Assembly (NCBI GenBank): GCA_938015595.1
Contig: CALLPI010000010.1
Coordinates: 214,167-278,166 of the forward strand
Direction of reading: 5' to 3'
DNA: 64,000 bases
Source of the DNA: an uncultured Saprospiraceae bacterium
GTDB taxonomy: Bacteria; Bacteroidota; Bacteroidia; Chitinophagales; Saprospiraceae
The notes under the pieces are model-generated. The model saw only the letters and a program-made list of their open reading frames with translations. It was not told the origin of the DNA and did not search any database. The position numbers were made by a program, and so were the translations under genes. How positions within the stretch are numbered: position 1 is the first letter of the stretch; each line of letters opens with the position of its first letter. Shown in pieces: positions 8,603 to 17,392 of the stretch.

Positions 8603-10168
8603 TCAATGCTTTACTACCCTACTTACTTGCTGTGAGCCTGCAGAGGTGGTCAACCGACAGAAGTAAACTCCTGCCGGTAGTTTTCTGGCATCCCAGGTCA
8701 TAGTATGCTCTCCCGAAGACAAGCGCATGTCAAATAGTACCTGTACCTCGCTACCCATAGCGTCGAAGATGCTAAGCCGGGCGCGTGCGCTATCGGCAGG
8801 TATCCGGAAGACAATCGTGGCGCTATGCACAAGCGGGTTGGGATGCACCTGTATGCCCGGGGTTTGCACCACGACGGATGCATCCGTGGAAGTCGCTGTC
8901 TGGCAGGGCTGCAACAGCGGCAGGTGTGTAAAGCCCTGGTACAGATAGCGGCGCACATCGGTTTCGGGCACTTCAAACCAGTCCATAAGTATAGAGCCAT
9001 ACACATCGCGGAAGTCATACTGCATGGGCACGCCTTCCTCTACTGATACATTGGCGGAAATAACGGGGTTATTGCCCAATATCTGCGGATTGACGCAAGA
9101 GCCAAACAACATCAGCGGGGCGGCCGTACCGTGGTCAGTACCGTTGGCAGCATTAGAGCGGATGCGGCGGCCAAACTCCGAGAACGTCATGCTGATAACC
9201 CGCCGCTCCACATTGAGCAGACGCAGGTCTTCCTGGAAGGCAGCTACAGATTCGGAGAGGTTGCGCAGCAGTTCGGCATGTGTACCTGTAGTAGTGCTTC
9301 CAGGCAGCACTTGGTTGGCATGAGTGTCGAATCCACCCAGGCTCACTACATATATGCGAGTACGCAAACCGCCCGAGATTAGGCGAGCTACATGACGCAA
9401 CTGATCTGAGAGTCGGCCATTGGGGTAGGTAGCCAGGTTAGCGCCAGCATTGGCCGACTGGGTGATGACGTTGGTATAGGCGTTGGTCTGTGCAATAGCT
9501 ATGCGCAGGAAGGTCAATTCTTCGCCGTAGGGCGTGTTGGGCACAGAAGAAACCTGACCAGAAGGCAACTGCCCCAGCGTGAAGGGGTCTTCCAGCGTCA
9601 TACTGAAGTTGCTGGCAATACCCTGGCAAGTGGGCGATACCAGGTTGCCCATTGTGATGGCAAAGGGATGCGGATGTGTAGCATTAGGGTAGCCATTGGG
9701 GTAGTCAGGATATTCGTCGTCGAAGTAGCGCCCCATCCAGCCAGTATTCCATACCTGATTGGCTGGCGAGCCAGAAGTCCAGATATCGGTAGAGCGGAAG
9801 TGTGAGCGGTTCTGGTTGGGATATGCCACGGATTGTACCACACCCACGCGTGCATTGTCGTATAGGCTTTTGATGCCAGTCATAGCCGGATGCAAGCCGG
9901 TGATGTCGGTCAATTGCAGCGCCGTACTCTGCGGAATGAGGATGTTGCCACGTACGTTGGCCAGGTTGTCGTATTGGTCAATGGGCAGCACCATGTTAAG
10001 CCCGTCGTTGCCGCCATTGAGTTGGATGAGTACCAACACGCGGTCAGAGTCTTCATTGATATTGTTGAATATAGAGGGGAGAGCCATGGCGCCGAGCGGA
10101 ATGCCTCTGAAAGCTGGCAGCACTGCCATTGCAGCGCCCGCGGTTTTGATAAAGTGTCTTCTTTTCAT
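8603..10168 (-). CDS. DUF1501-family (sulfatase-like) protein with a twin-arginine signal and a T9SS type-A C-terminal sorting domain
   Basis: The N-terminus MKRRHFIKTAGAAMAVLPAF fits the Tat consensus. The core has DUF1501-like blocks (LNGGNDGLN, GFDTHANQ, NGTDHG). The last ~85 aa read HPNPLVHSATIVFRIP..LSIFDAMGSEV..LPAGVYFCRL, a Por/T9SS tail. Confidence 0.8.
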   Translation of the reverse strand: MKRRHFIKTAGAAMAVLPAFRGIPLGAMALPSIFNNINEDSDRVLVLIQLNGGNDGLNMVLPIDQYDNLANVRGNILIPQSTALQLTDITGLHPAMTGIKSLYDNARVGVVQSVAYPNQNRSHFRSTDIWTSGSPANQVWNTGWMGRYFDDEYPDYPNGYPNATHPHPFAITMGNLVSPTCQGIASNFSMTLEDPFTLGQLPSGQVSSVPNTPYGEELTFLRIAIAQTNAYTNVITQSANAGANLATYPNGRLSDQLRHVARLISGGLRTRIYVVSLGGFDTHANQVLPGSTTTGTHAELLRNLSESVAAFQEDLRLLNVERRVISMTFSEFGRRIRSNAANGTDHGTAAPLMLFGSCVNPQILGNNPVISANVSVEEGVPMQYDFRDVYGSILMDWFEVPETDVRRYLYQGFTHLPLLQPCQTATSTDASVVVQTPGIQVHPNPLVHSATIVFRIPADSARARLSIFDAMGSEVQVLFDMRLSSGEHTMTWDARKLPAGVYFCRLTTSAGSQQVSRVVKH

Positions 10169-10204
10169 CAGTTGAGCAGTTTGAAATTAGGTGAATCAGG
10201 CGGT

Positions 10205-11866
10205 TCAACTCAAGTGATATTCTGGCATCGCGAGCATGGCGCGCACAAGGTTGCGCAGCTTGTTCTCCACGGCTTGGCGGGTAGTGCTGGTGTTGGGATT
10301 GCTGGTGTAGGCATTCCACTCGTTAGTCCATACAAAATCCTGCAAGCCAGGCAGCAGAAACTCCTTCAAATAAGCAATCTGGTTGGGCGCTAGTGGCTGT
10401 GGATACAACCACAAGGCCAGTTCTTCTATCAACACATTGGGATCAAAGGGGTCGCTTACCAGATAGGGCAGCGCCAGTAGGTTGATTTGGTGCCGTACGG
10501 AGTTGACCACGTAGCCATTGCCAGCAATCTGATTGGTAAAGTTGACCCTGGGCCCCAGCGTGGCTGCATTGATCCATGAGCGATAGTATCCCGGCTCCTG
10601 GTAGTAGGCTTTCCAGCCAGCTACGTCGGGCGGATTGAAGTACTCCATTTGCATGGGTATGCTCAGGCGGATGAAATTGTTCCAGGCGTTGTAGCGGTTG
10701 GTCAGTGTATTGGAGTAAGTTATGCCAAACTGCTTGAACGTGCCGGCTACAAAATCAATAGGATGCTTGATCATGGGGCCAAGATTGAGGCTATCGTAAA
10801 AATGCTCGCTACGCAGCAGGGCTTCCAGCGCGGGTTTGATGTGGTAGTTGTTGGCAATAAGCACTTGTGCCATGGGCTCAATGACGTTAGCCTCTACGGC
10901 GTCGTCAATCCGGTAATACACAAACCAGCGGTAAAGCTTGCGACTGATGAAGCGCGCCACCTCGCTTTTCTGGAAGATAATGTCCACCAGGTGGGCATAT
11001 TCGTTGGCACCCATGTTGGGTATAACCACGTTGTTGAAGCGGTGCGAAAGCTGTTTGCTGCCAGTGTCGTGCTGGTTGGCCTGGAATATAGCACCCACTT
11101 GAACGTTGGTATTAGTGGTGTTGTAGCCGGTATCACGCCAGCCGGTGAGCACACGCGCCATTTGGATGACGTCGGTTTCAGTGTAGTGGGTATAATCGCC
11201 GGGGCCAGCCAGCGGACCTTTGCCCAAGGTAAACAGTTCCATCAGCTCGCGGGCGTAGTTTTCGTTAGGGGCATTGCGGGTGTTCTGGTTGCCGTTGAGG
11301 AAGCGTAGCATGGCCGGGTCAATAGTTACGTCTTTGACCAACTGGCGGAAATTGCCGAGCGCCGAACTGCGCAGCAACGTGATGTGGCGGTAGAGAAACT
11401 TGGGGTCGTTCACGGTATTGTCCACAGCGAAGTGATTGTGCCAGAATAGGGTCATCTTTTCGCGGATGGACAAGCCTTCGCCTACGATAAGCCCGAACGT
11501 CCAGGCGCGCAGGCTCTGGTGGCGATAGCCCGTCAGGTTGACGCCCGCCACGTAGGGTGCATTGATCCAGGTTTCGCCAATGGCCACATTGGGGTCATTG
11601 GTATTGTTGTGGTTCACTGGTGGGTCGGGCATGGGCTGGTCGGCCAACAGTTGAGTCAGCGTAGCGTTCAGACCAGCTTGCACTGCCGCATCAATCATGG
11701 CTTTGGTAGGGCCAAAAGTGGTGCGGCGCAACAGGTGGGCAGCCTGCGCCCGCGTCCAGGGGCCAGTATATGGTGCCAAGCCCGATACCGGAGGGGGCGC
11801 AGCGACTGCACTTCCGGCAGTCTGCCTGCGGCCTAACATAGTGGCGAGAGTGGTTCTTCTGTCCAT
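10205..11866 (-). CDS. DUF1800-family protein (usual partner of DUF1501)
   Basis: HLLRRTTFGP near the N-terminus and a long helical DUF1800-like body. I prefer the ATG at 11866 (MDRRTTLATML) over the track start at 12010. Confidence 0.75.
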   Translation of the reverse strand: MDRRTTLATMLGRRQTAGSAVAAPPPVSGLAPYTGPWTRAQAAHLLRRTTFGPTKAMIDAAVQAGLNATLTQLLADQPMPDPPVNHNNTNDPNVAIGETWINAPYVAGVNLTGYRHQSLRAWTFGLIVGEGLSIREKMTLFWHNHFAVDNTVNDPKFLYRHITLLRSSALGNFRQLVKDVTIDPAMLRFLNGNQNTRNAPNENYARELMELFTLGKGPLAGPGDYTHYTETDVIQMARVLTGWRDTGYNTTNTNVQVGAIFQANQHDTGSKQLSHRFNNVVIPNMGANEYAHLVDIIFQKSEVARFISRKLYRWFVYYRIDDAVEANVIEPMAQVLIANNYHIKPALEALLRSEHFYDSLNLGPMIKHPIDFVAGTFKQFGITYSNTLTNRYNAWNNFIRLSIPMQMEYFNPPDVAGWKAYYQEPGYYRSWINAATLGPRVNFTNQIAGNGYVVNSVRHQINLLALPYLVSDPFDPNVLIEELALWLYPQPLAPNQIAYLKEFLLPGLQDFVWTNEWNAYTSNPNTSTTRQAVENKLRNLVRAMLAMPEYHLS

Positions 11867-12054
11867 GTACGGAAGGTTTTGGTGAAAGGGAACTCCACAG
11901 CGTCTCCAGCAAGAGGAGATCAAGATTACAGAGTGCAAGTTAGACAGAAAAAAGTTATCTGGGTTTAAAATTATTGTAATGAATCCAGGGCAACCTTCTG
12001 GGTTGCGCATCCGTGCAATTTCGCCTAAATTTGCGCTCCGAAACCAAAACCGCC

Positions 12055-12732
12055 ATGAAATTGAGGCTTTTTATTGCAATGTGGGCAGGTTGTGTATTGA
12101 CGAGTTGCAGCCTCGTTTCCAGTAAGCACCCCGATGTGTACGGCAGCCTGGTGGTTCGCTACATTGACAGCGAGCAACGCCTGCAGGCTTACGCCAACTA
12201 CTACGAAGGCGACTCCCTGGCTACGGCGCGCCCCAAAGCCTGGCCGGGTGGAGTCTCCATACTGGGTAGCGCCATGGAGTCTCGTACGCTACCCAACGGC
12301 GAAGTGCGCTACAGCACCGAACGCCGCATGGATTTTGTGGAGAATGTGTCATTGAGATTTACCGACGAATTGCAAAAGCAGCACGAAACGCGCTTAGTCC
12401 TCAAACGCTTAGATGACCTTGCCCTTAAAACCCCAGCTTCCATATCGTCTGGTTTAGTACTGACCTACAAAGGCTCGCCTTTGACAGCTGGCGAAACCCT
12501 GGTGCTGATCTTCACCGACGCACAGGGCTACTCCTACACCTCGGAAGTAGCCGGGCCGCTGCAACGCAATGAAATACTGCTACCCGCCCGCGACGTAGCC
12601 ACCATGATACCCGGCCAGTACCAGGTATATGCAGTGCGCAAGCGCTCGGCAAACGAAAAAGACGGGCGTTTTACCCATCACCTAGAGGTTGAGTTTTACT
12701 CTCGCACGGCAACAGTGGAAATACAACCTTAA
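12055..12732 (+). CDS. hypothetical lipoprotein
   Basis: ATG at 12055 gives MKLRLFIAMWAGCVLTSCS, a lipobox. I recognise no family. Confidence 0.5.
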   Translation: MKLRLFIAMWAGCVLTSCSLVSSKHPDVYGSLVVRYIDSEQRLQAYANYYEGDSLATARPKAWPGGVSILGSAMESRTLPNGEVRYSTERRMDFVENVSLRFTDELQKQHETRLVLKRLDDLALKTPASISSGLVLTYKGSPLTAGETLVLIFTDAQGYSYTSEVAGPLQRNEILLPARDVATMIPGQYQVYAVRKRSANEKDGRFTHHLEVEFYSRTATVEIQP

Positions 12733-12784
12733 CTGTGCAAGACAACGCAACGCGATTTCGCTAAAAATCCCGTCTTTTGTGGCT

Positions 12785-13738
12785 ATGTACAACAGTTTTA
12801 TATCGCTGGTTGCCGTTTTGGATTCGCCTGCCGACGCCCGCGCGCTTCCAGGGTTCCTGAATGCTGCATGGCCGCTGCTGCACGAGTATTTCAGCGATTT
12901 TGAAATTGTGCTGGTCAACAACCACCTCGAATCGGCACCTGACGCTTACCTTGCCCCGCTACCCCCGGAGTTGAAGCAACACGCCTGGCTGCTCAACCTG
13001 AGCGCGCGCGTAAATCGTAACCACGCTGTAGTAGCTGGCCTGGATCGCGCCAACGGCGACTATGTGGTCATCATGGAGCCTGGCTTCTTCAACGCACCAG
13101 AGCTTATCCTGAAGTTGTTTGCCAAAACCCGCGAGGGCTACGACATTGTATATCTTCGAGGCCGACGCCGCCCAATGCCATTGTGGCGGAAGCCTTTTTA
13201 CAAAGCATTCTACTACATTCTGCGCCATTACTCGCCGCTTCAGGTGGACGAACGCGCCTACGACACGCGCATCATTTCGCGCCGGGCGCTCAACTCACTG
13301 CTGCGCCTACGCGAGAACTTGCGCTACATGAAGGCCATCTACTCCATCGTAGGCTACCCAACAGCAGCGCTGGAGACCGACCTCAAACCCGAATGGACGC
13401 CCCAGGAGCCATTTGGCGAGCGCTTTGGTACTTCGCTGGTAGCCATCACATCTTACACCACTTTCTTGCGCACTCTCCTACTGTGGATATTCCTAGGGTC
13501 GGCGGTGTTTCTCGTAGGGGTCATCGTCAATGCGCTCAAGGTCAAGTTTACTGGCGTGGATTTGCTGGGCAATACCGGCGAGCCTTTTGCTGGCTGGACC
13601 TTCCTGGTGGTGCTTATCGCCGTATTCTTTGCTGTTACCTGCCTCAATCTCTACATCATGTCTATTTATTTGTCCAATATTTACAACGAGATCAAACAAC
13701 GGCCGTTGTATATACTTGAATCCATAAAACGCTTCTGA
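12785..13738 (+). CDS. family-2 glycosyltransferase with C-terminal transmembrane helices (polyprenol-phosphate glycosyltransferase-like)
   Basis: ATG at 12785 (MYNSFISLVAVL). GT2-like N-terminal fold (IVLVNN, RNHAVVAGLDRANGDYVVIME) followed by two hydrophobic helices. Confidence 0.65.
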   Translation: MYNSFISLVAVLDSPADARALPGFLNAAWPLLHEYFSDFEIVLVNNHLESAPDAYLAPLPPELKQHAWLLNLSARVNRNHAVVAGLDRANGDYVVIMEPGFFNAPELILKLFAKTREGYDIVYLRGRRRPMPLWRKPFYKAFYYILRHYSPLQVDERAYDTRIISRRALNSLLRLRENLRYMKAIYSIVGYPTAALETDLKPEWTPQEPFGERFGTSLVAITSYTTFLRTLLLWIFLGSAVFLVGVIVNALKVKFTGVDLLGNTGEPFAGWTFLVVLIAVFFAVTCLNLYIMSIYLSNIYNEIKQRPLYILESIKRF

Positions 13739-13740
13739 AC

Positions 13741-14667
13741 ATGCTCGTCAAGCCTCGCATTGTATTCATGGGCACTTCGGAGTTTGCTGTACCTTCGCTG
13801 AGCATACTGTTGGAGCATGGCTATGACGTGGCGGGCGTAGTGACGGCAACTGACAAATGGGGCGGGCGAGGCATGATGCAGTTGTTGCAGTCGCCAGTCA
13901 AGCAATATGCTCTGAGCCATGGGCTACCTGTGCTGCAGCCAGAAAAACTCAAAGACCCCAACTTCTTGCAAGCGCTGGCCGCTCTGGAGGCCAATCTGCA
14001 GGTGATAGTAGCCTTTCGCATGTTGCCCGAAGCTGTATGGCGCATGCCAGCACTGGGCGCTTTCAATCTGCACGGTTCTTTATTGCCGCGCTACCGAGGC
14101 GCTGCGCCTATCAACTGGGCTATCATCAACGGCGAGACCGAAACCGGCGTGACCACTTTTTTCCTAAATGCCGAAATAGACACCGGCGACATCATCCTGC
14201 AAGAGCGCATGCCCATTGGCCCAGACGAAACCGCCGGCGAAGTACACGACCGCATGATGAAACTGGGCGCACAGGTAGTGCTCAAAACTGTGCAAGCTAT
14301 CGAAAATCAAAGCTACGTCTTAAAAAAGCAAGACGATGCCCTCGCTTCGCCTGCCCCCAAGATATTTCACGATACCTGCCGCATCCCTTTTCATCTACCA
14401 GCCATTGCCGTGCACAACTTTATCAGGGGGTTAAGCCCTTACCCCGGCGCTTGGACGTTATGGAAAAATCAACAAATGAAAATACTGCGCAGCCGCCCTA
14501 TCCTGGAGCCAATCCAGCCATACCCGCCAGGCCAAATGGTCAGCGACAGCAAAAACTTCCTGCGATATGCCGTAGCCGATGGCTGGATAGAAGTACTGGA
14601 ACTCCAACTGCAAAGCCGGCGTAGAATGCGCACCGACGAATTTTTGAGAGGGGTTCGGCTCTCCTAG
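13741..14667 (+). CDS. fmt: methionyl-tRNA formyltransferase
   Basis: IVFMGTSEFAVPSL, NLHGSLLPRYRGAAPINWAI; 308 aa. Confidence 0.92.
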   Translation: MLVKPRIVFMGTSEFAVPSLSILLEHGYDVAGVVTATDKWGGRGMMQLLQSPVKQYALSHGLPVLQPEKLKDPNFLQALAALEANLQVIVAFRMLPEAVWRMPALGAFNLHGSLLPRYRGAAPINWAIINGETETGVTTFFLNAEIDTGDIILQERMPIGPDETAGEVHDRMMKLGAQVVLKTVQAIENQSYVLKKQDDALASPAPKIFHDTCRIPFHLPAIAVHNFIRGLSPYPGAWTLWKNQQMKILRSRPILEPIQPYPPGQMVSDSKNFLRYAVADGWIEVLELQLQSRRRMRTDEFLRGVRLS

Positions 14668-14716
14668 TAAGGCGTGGATGTCGTATGTTTGAGCCGCTGA
14701 AAAGGGCACTGATGTT

Positions 14717-15664
14717 ATGGTCAAATATTATCTCAAGTCGGAAGGCCGCTTGCGCGAACTTGAAGAAGCGCAACCAGGGTGTTGGGTCAATATATCGCCT
14801 CCTTTTAGTCATGAAGAACTGGAGGAGGTAGCCCAGCAGTTCGATATTCCGCTGGATTTTTTGACCGACTCCCTGGACCTGGACGAACGCTCGCGCTATG
14901 AACGCGAAGAAGATGTGCGCTTCATCCTGCTCAACTCCCCCATCCTCAACGAAAACGAAGACGAAAACGACGCCATTTATATCACCGTTCCCATCGGTAT
15001 CATCCTCACACTGGACAACGTCATCACCATTTCTGCATTCGAAAACCCTATCATTCAGTTGTTTCTCGACAACAAGGTCAAAAACTTTGACCCCAGCGAC
15101 GAAAAAAACTTCGTACTCCAGATTTTTGAGCAAAACGTGTATCGCTTCCTCACCTGCCTTAAAAAACTCAACTCTAAGCGCAACCTTATAGAGCAAGAAC
15201 TCTACGACTCGAGCCGAAACCAGGAGCTCAAGCTATTGCTCAGTATTGAGAAAAGCCTGGTGTACTTCCTTAATTCATTGAGCTCCAATGAATTGCTTTT
15301 ACTCAAAATCAAGCGTACAGACTTCCTGCAAATTGCCAAAGATGAAGAATTGTCTGATCTGTTTGAAGATATCGTCATTGACAATAGCCAGGCTATGGAG
15401 ATGTCAAAGGTGTATTCTGATATTCTTAGTGGCACGATGGATGCATACGGCTCTATCATCTCCAACAATCTCAACATCACGATACGCCGGCTTACACTCA
15501 TCACTATACTATTAATGCTGCCTACGCTTATTGCTAGTTTTTACGGTATGAACATCCCCCTGCCCTTCCAGGACAATACCTATGCCATCATGGGAATTAT
15601 ATTGACGTCATTGGTACTGAGCGCTACAACGGCTTGGTATTTTCAGCGAAAGCGCATGTTTTGA
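14717..15664 (+). CDS. corA: CorA-family magnesium/cobalt transporter
   Basis: 315 aa with a YGMN motif (SFYGMNIPLPF) before the final TM helix. Confidence 0.85.
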   Translation: MVKYYLKSEGRLRELEEAQPGCWVNISPPFSHEELEEVAQQFDIPLDFLTDSLDLDERSRYEREEDVRFILLNSPILNENEDENDAIYITVPIGIILTLDNVITISAFENPIIQLFLDNKVKNFDPSDEKNFVLQIFEQNVYRFLTCLKKLNSKRNLIEQELYDSSRNQELKLLLSIEKSLVYFLNSLSSNELLLLKIKRTDFLQIAKDEELSDLFEDIVIDNSQAMEMSKVYSDILSGTMDAYGSIISNNLNITIRRLTLITILLMLPTLIASFYGMNIPLPFQDNTYAIMGIILTSLVLSATTAWYFQRKRMF

Positions 15665-15722
15665 ATAATTTTTTAATACGCTTATTTGTGCATATTGACG
15701 GCAGATACTATACTTCAACTCG

Positions 15723-15766
15723 CCAAGGTTTGTGCACAACATCCGCAAGTCATGCACAAACCTTGG
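15723..15766. terminator. perfect 14-bp inverted repeat (CCAAGGTTTGTGCA / TGCACAAACCTTGG, 16-nt loop) between corA and the next gene
   Basis: Read directly from the sequence, arms at 15723-15736 and 15753-15766. It sits ~60 nt after the corA stop. There is no U-tract, so it could be a terminator or a regulatory hairpin. Confidence 0.35.
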
Positions 15767-15817
15767 AGTTGCTCAGTATAACGACTCAGCCGCTCATAAT
15801 AAAAAACGGAGTACAAC

Positions 15818-16885
15818 ATGATGTTTGCCGAGAAACACCACCTCGCCTCCCTGTCTGCTGCTGAGTTGGACGAATACCTGGCCAGGGGGTGGTATCGCAT
15901 GGGGCAAACCATCTTCACCACGCATTTTCTGTGTTTTGGCTCACAGTTCTACTCGGCCATCTGGGTGCGGCTACCGCTGGAAGGGTACCAATTCAGCAAG
16001 AGTCTTCGGAAAATTATGCGGCGCAACCGGGCGCGATTTCAGTATGCCGCAGGCCCAGCGCATATTGACGCCGAGCGGGAAGCGCTATACAGTAAGTACC
16101 GAAATGCCTTCCCGGGGCTGCTGTCGCCATCGCTGTATGACTCCCTGCTGGACGGCGGCGAGCACAACATTTTCCAAACCTTTGAGATAACCGTGCACGA
16201 TGGCGAGCAACTGGTAGCCATCAGTTATTTTGACCTGGGTCGGCAGAGTGCGGCCAGCATCATTGGCATCTATGATCCAGCCTATCGGAACTACAGCCTG
16301 GGGTTGTACACCATGCTAGAAGAGATTGACTTTTGCCAGCGCATTGGCAAGGCATACTTTTACCCAGGGTATGTGGCTCCGGGCTATCCTCGTTTTGACT
16401 ACAAACTGCGCATCGGTCAGGTAGAGTATTTCGAGGTAAATAAGCAAGACTGGCTTCCGTACGTCAATCATCCTCATCATCCAACTCCCCTGAGTGAAAT
16501 GGAGCACCAATTGCAGCGGCTTCAGCAATTGCTCCATACCCATCGCTTACCTGGCCGCCTGATGCGCTACCCCTTATTTGAGGCCAATCTCTTTGGATTC
16601 TGGTCGGCGCCCTACCTGGAGTATCCAGTATTTTTGCTGTGTGCCACGCCTCCGCGCTACGGAGGGTACATGATCGTAGTGTACGATGTACGCGTAGCTC
16701 AATATAAACTGTTGCGCTGTACACCGTTCGACAACTTTGGTTTTCACTTGAACGAGGCCTTTTTCCAACACTTTAATCCAGAAGAAGACTTCACAGAACT
16801 ATTGGTAGAAGAAGAAGTGCTTCTGAGTAGCGCCAATGCGGAATTTATCGTCCTGGCTTTACACAAGCTGCGGACGCTCAAATAA
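15818..16885 (+). CDS. arginyl/leucyl-tRNA--protein transferase (ATE/Bpt)-like protein with an extra C-terminal region
   Basis: LARGWYRMGQTIF, FSKSLRKIMRRN and AYFYPGYVAPGYPRFDYKLRIGQVEYF resemble ATE_N/ATE_C blocks. The last ~150 aa match nothing I recognise. Confidence 0.5.
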   Translation: MMFAEKHHLASLSAAELDEYLARGWYRMGQTIFTTHFLCFGSQFYSAIWVRLPLEGYQFSKSLRKIMRRNRARFQYAAGPAHIDAEREALYSKYRNAFPGLLSPSLYDSLLDGGEHNIFQTFEITVHDGEQLVAISYFDLGRQSAASIIGIYDPAYRNYSLGLYTMLEEIDFCQRIGKAYFYPGYVAPGYPRFDYKLRIGQVEYFEVNKQDWLPYVNHPHHPTPLSEMEHQLQRLQQLLHTHRLPGRLMRYPLFEANLFGFWSAPYLEYPVFLLCATPPRYGGYMIVVYDVRVAQYKLLRCTPFDNFGFHLNEAFFQHFNPEEDFTELLVEEEVLLSSANAEFIVLALHKLRTLK

Positions 16886-16897
16886 ACCTTGCATTGT

Positions 16898-17380
16898 ATG
16901 GAACTGTATCTGCAAGTTTTTGAGTCACGGGTTGCCTACGGTAGCACCGTGGCTGGTTTGTCGGCCTTGTGCCTGTTGCTGGGCGTTGCCTGGTTTTGGG
17001 TACTGTACAAGGCACCCAGGCTGGATCGTAACCGGCGTATGCTCCTGGGTATGTTGCTGTTCATTGCCTTGTTGCTGGGCTTGTTTACTGTAGGTGGCCT
17101 GGTGTGGCAGTCTTCTCGCTACCAAACCATTCGCATCGAAGCTGCCGAATTACATATTGGCAAGACGTGCATCCCATTTGAGATACTTCGCGGGCACTAC
17201 GTACGCGAGGTACAAGGCGTTTCGCTAATCAATCCTCAGCAGACGCGGGGTGCTTCCTATGTGCTGGTAATTGAAACCCAAAGCGGGCGCACATACACTT
17301 TGCCCGATACCTACTACGACCTGCCCGCTCTAACAGGAGCTCTGGACACCGCCTGGGAAGCATGGCGCGAAAGAGAATAG
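16898..17380 (+). CDS. hypothetical membrane protein (two TM helices plus a small soluble domain)
   Basis: ATG at 16898, two hydrophobic stretches, no recognised family. Confidence 0.4.
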   Translation: MELYLQVFESRVAYGSTVAGLSALCLLLGVAWFWVLYKAPRLDRNRRMLLGMLLFIALLLGLFTVGGLVWQSSRYQTIRIEAAELHIGKTCIPFEILRGHYVREVQGVSLINPQQTRGASYVLVIETQSGRTYTLPDTYYDLPALTGALDTAWEAWRERE

Positions 17381-17392
17381 CCACTCCTATTG

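Noticed and set aside
14540-15196. Long ORFs on the strand opposite clear genes. Examples: 14540-15196 opposite corA, 36250-36981 opposite lptE/EBP, 17390-18211 opposite sdaA, 10649-11308 opposite DUF1800, 30703-31497 and 28897-29463 opposite the T9SS cargo gene, 52314-53039 opposite the kinase, 59084-59845 opposite the HYR gene, and 13183-13719 and 13857-14624 in alternative frames.
   Set aside because: Their translations are low-complexity, R/A/G/H-rich, and have no recognisable motifs. Each lies fully inside a gene with strong family signatures. They are typical shadow ORFs of moderately GC-rich coding DNA.
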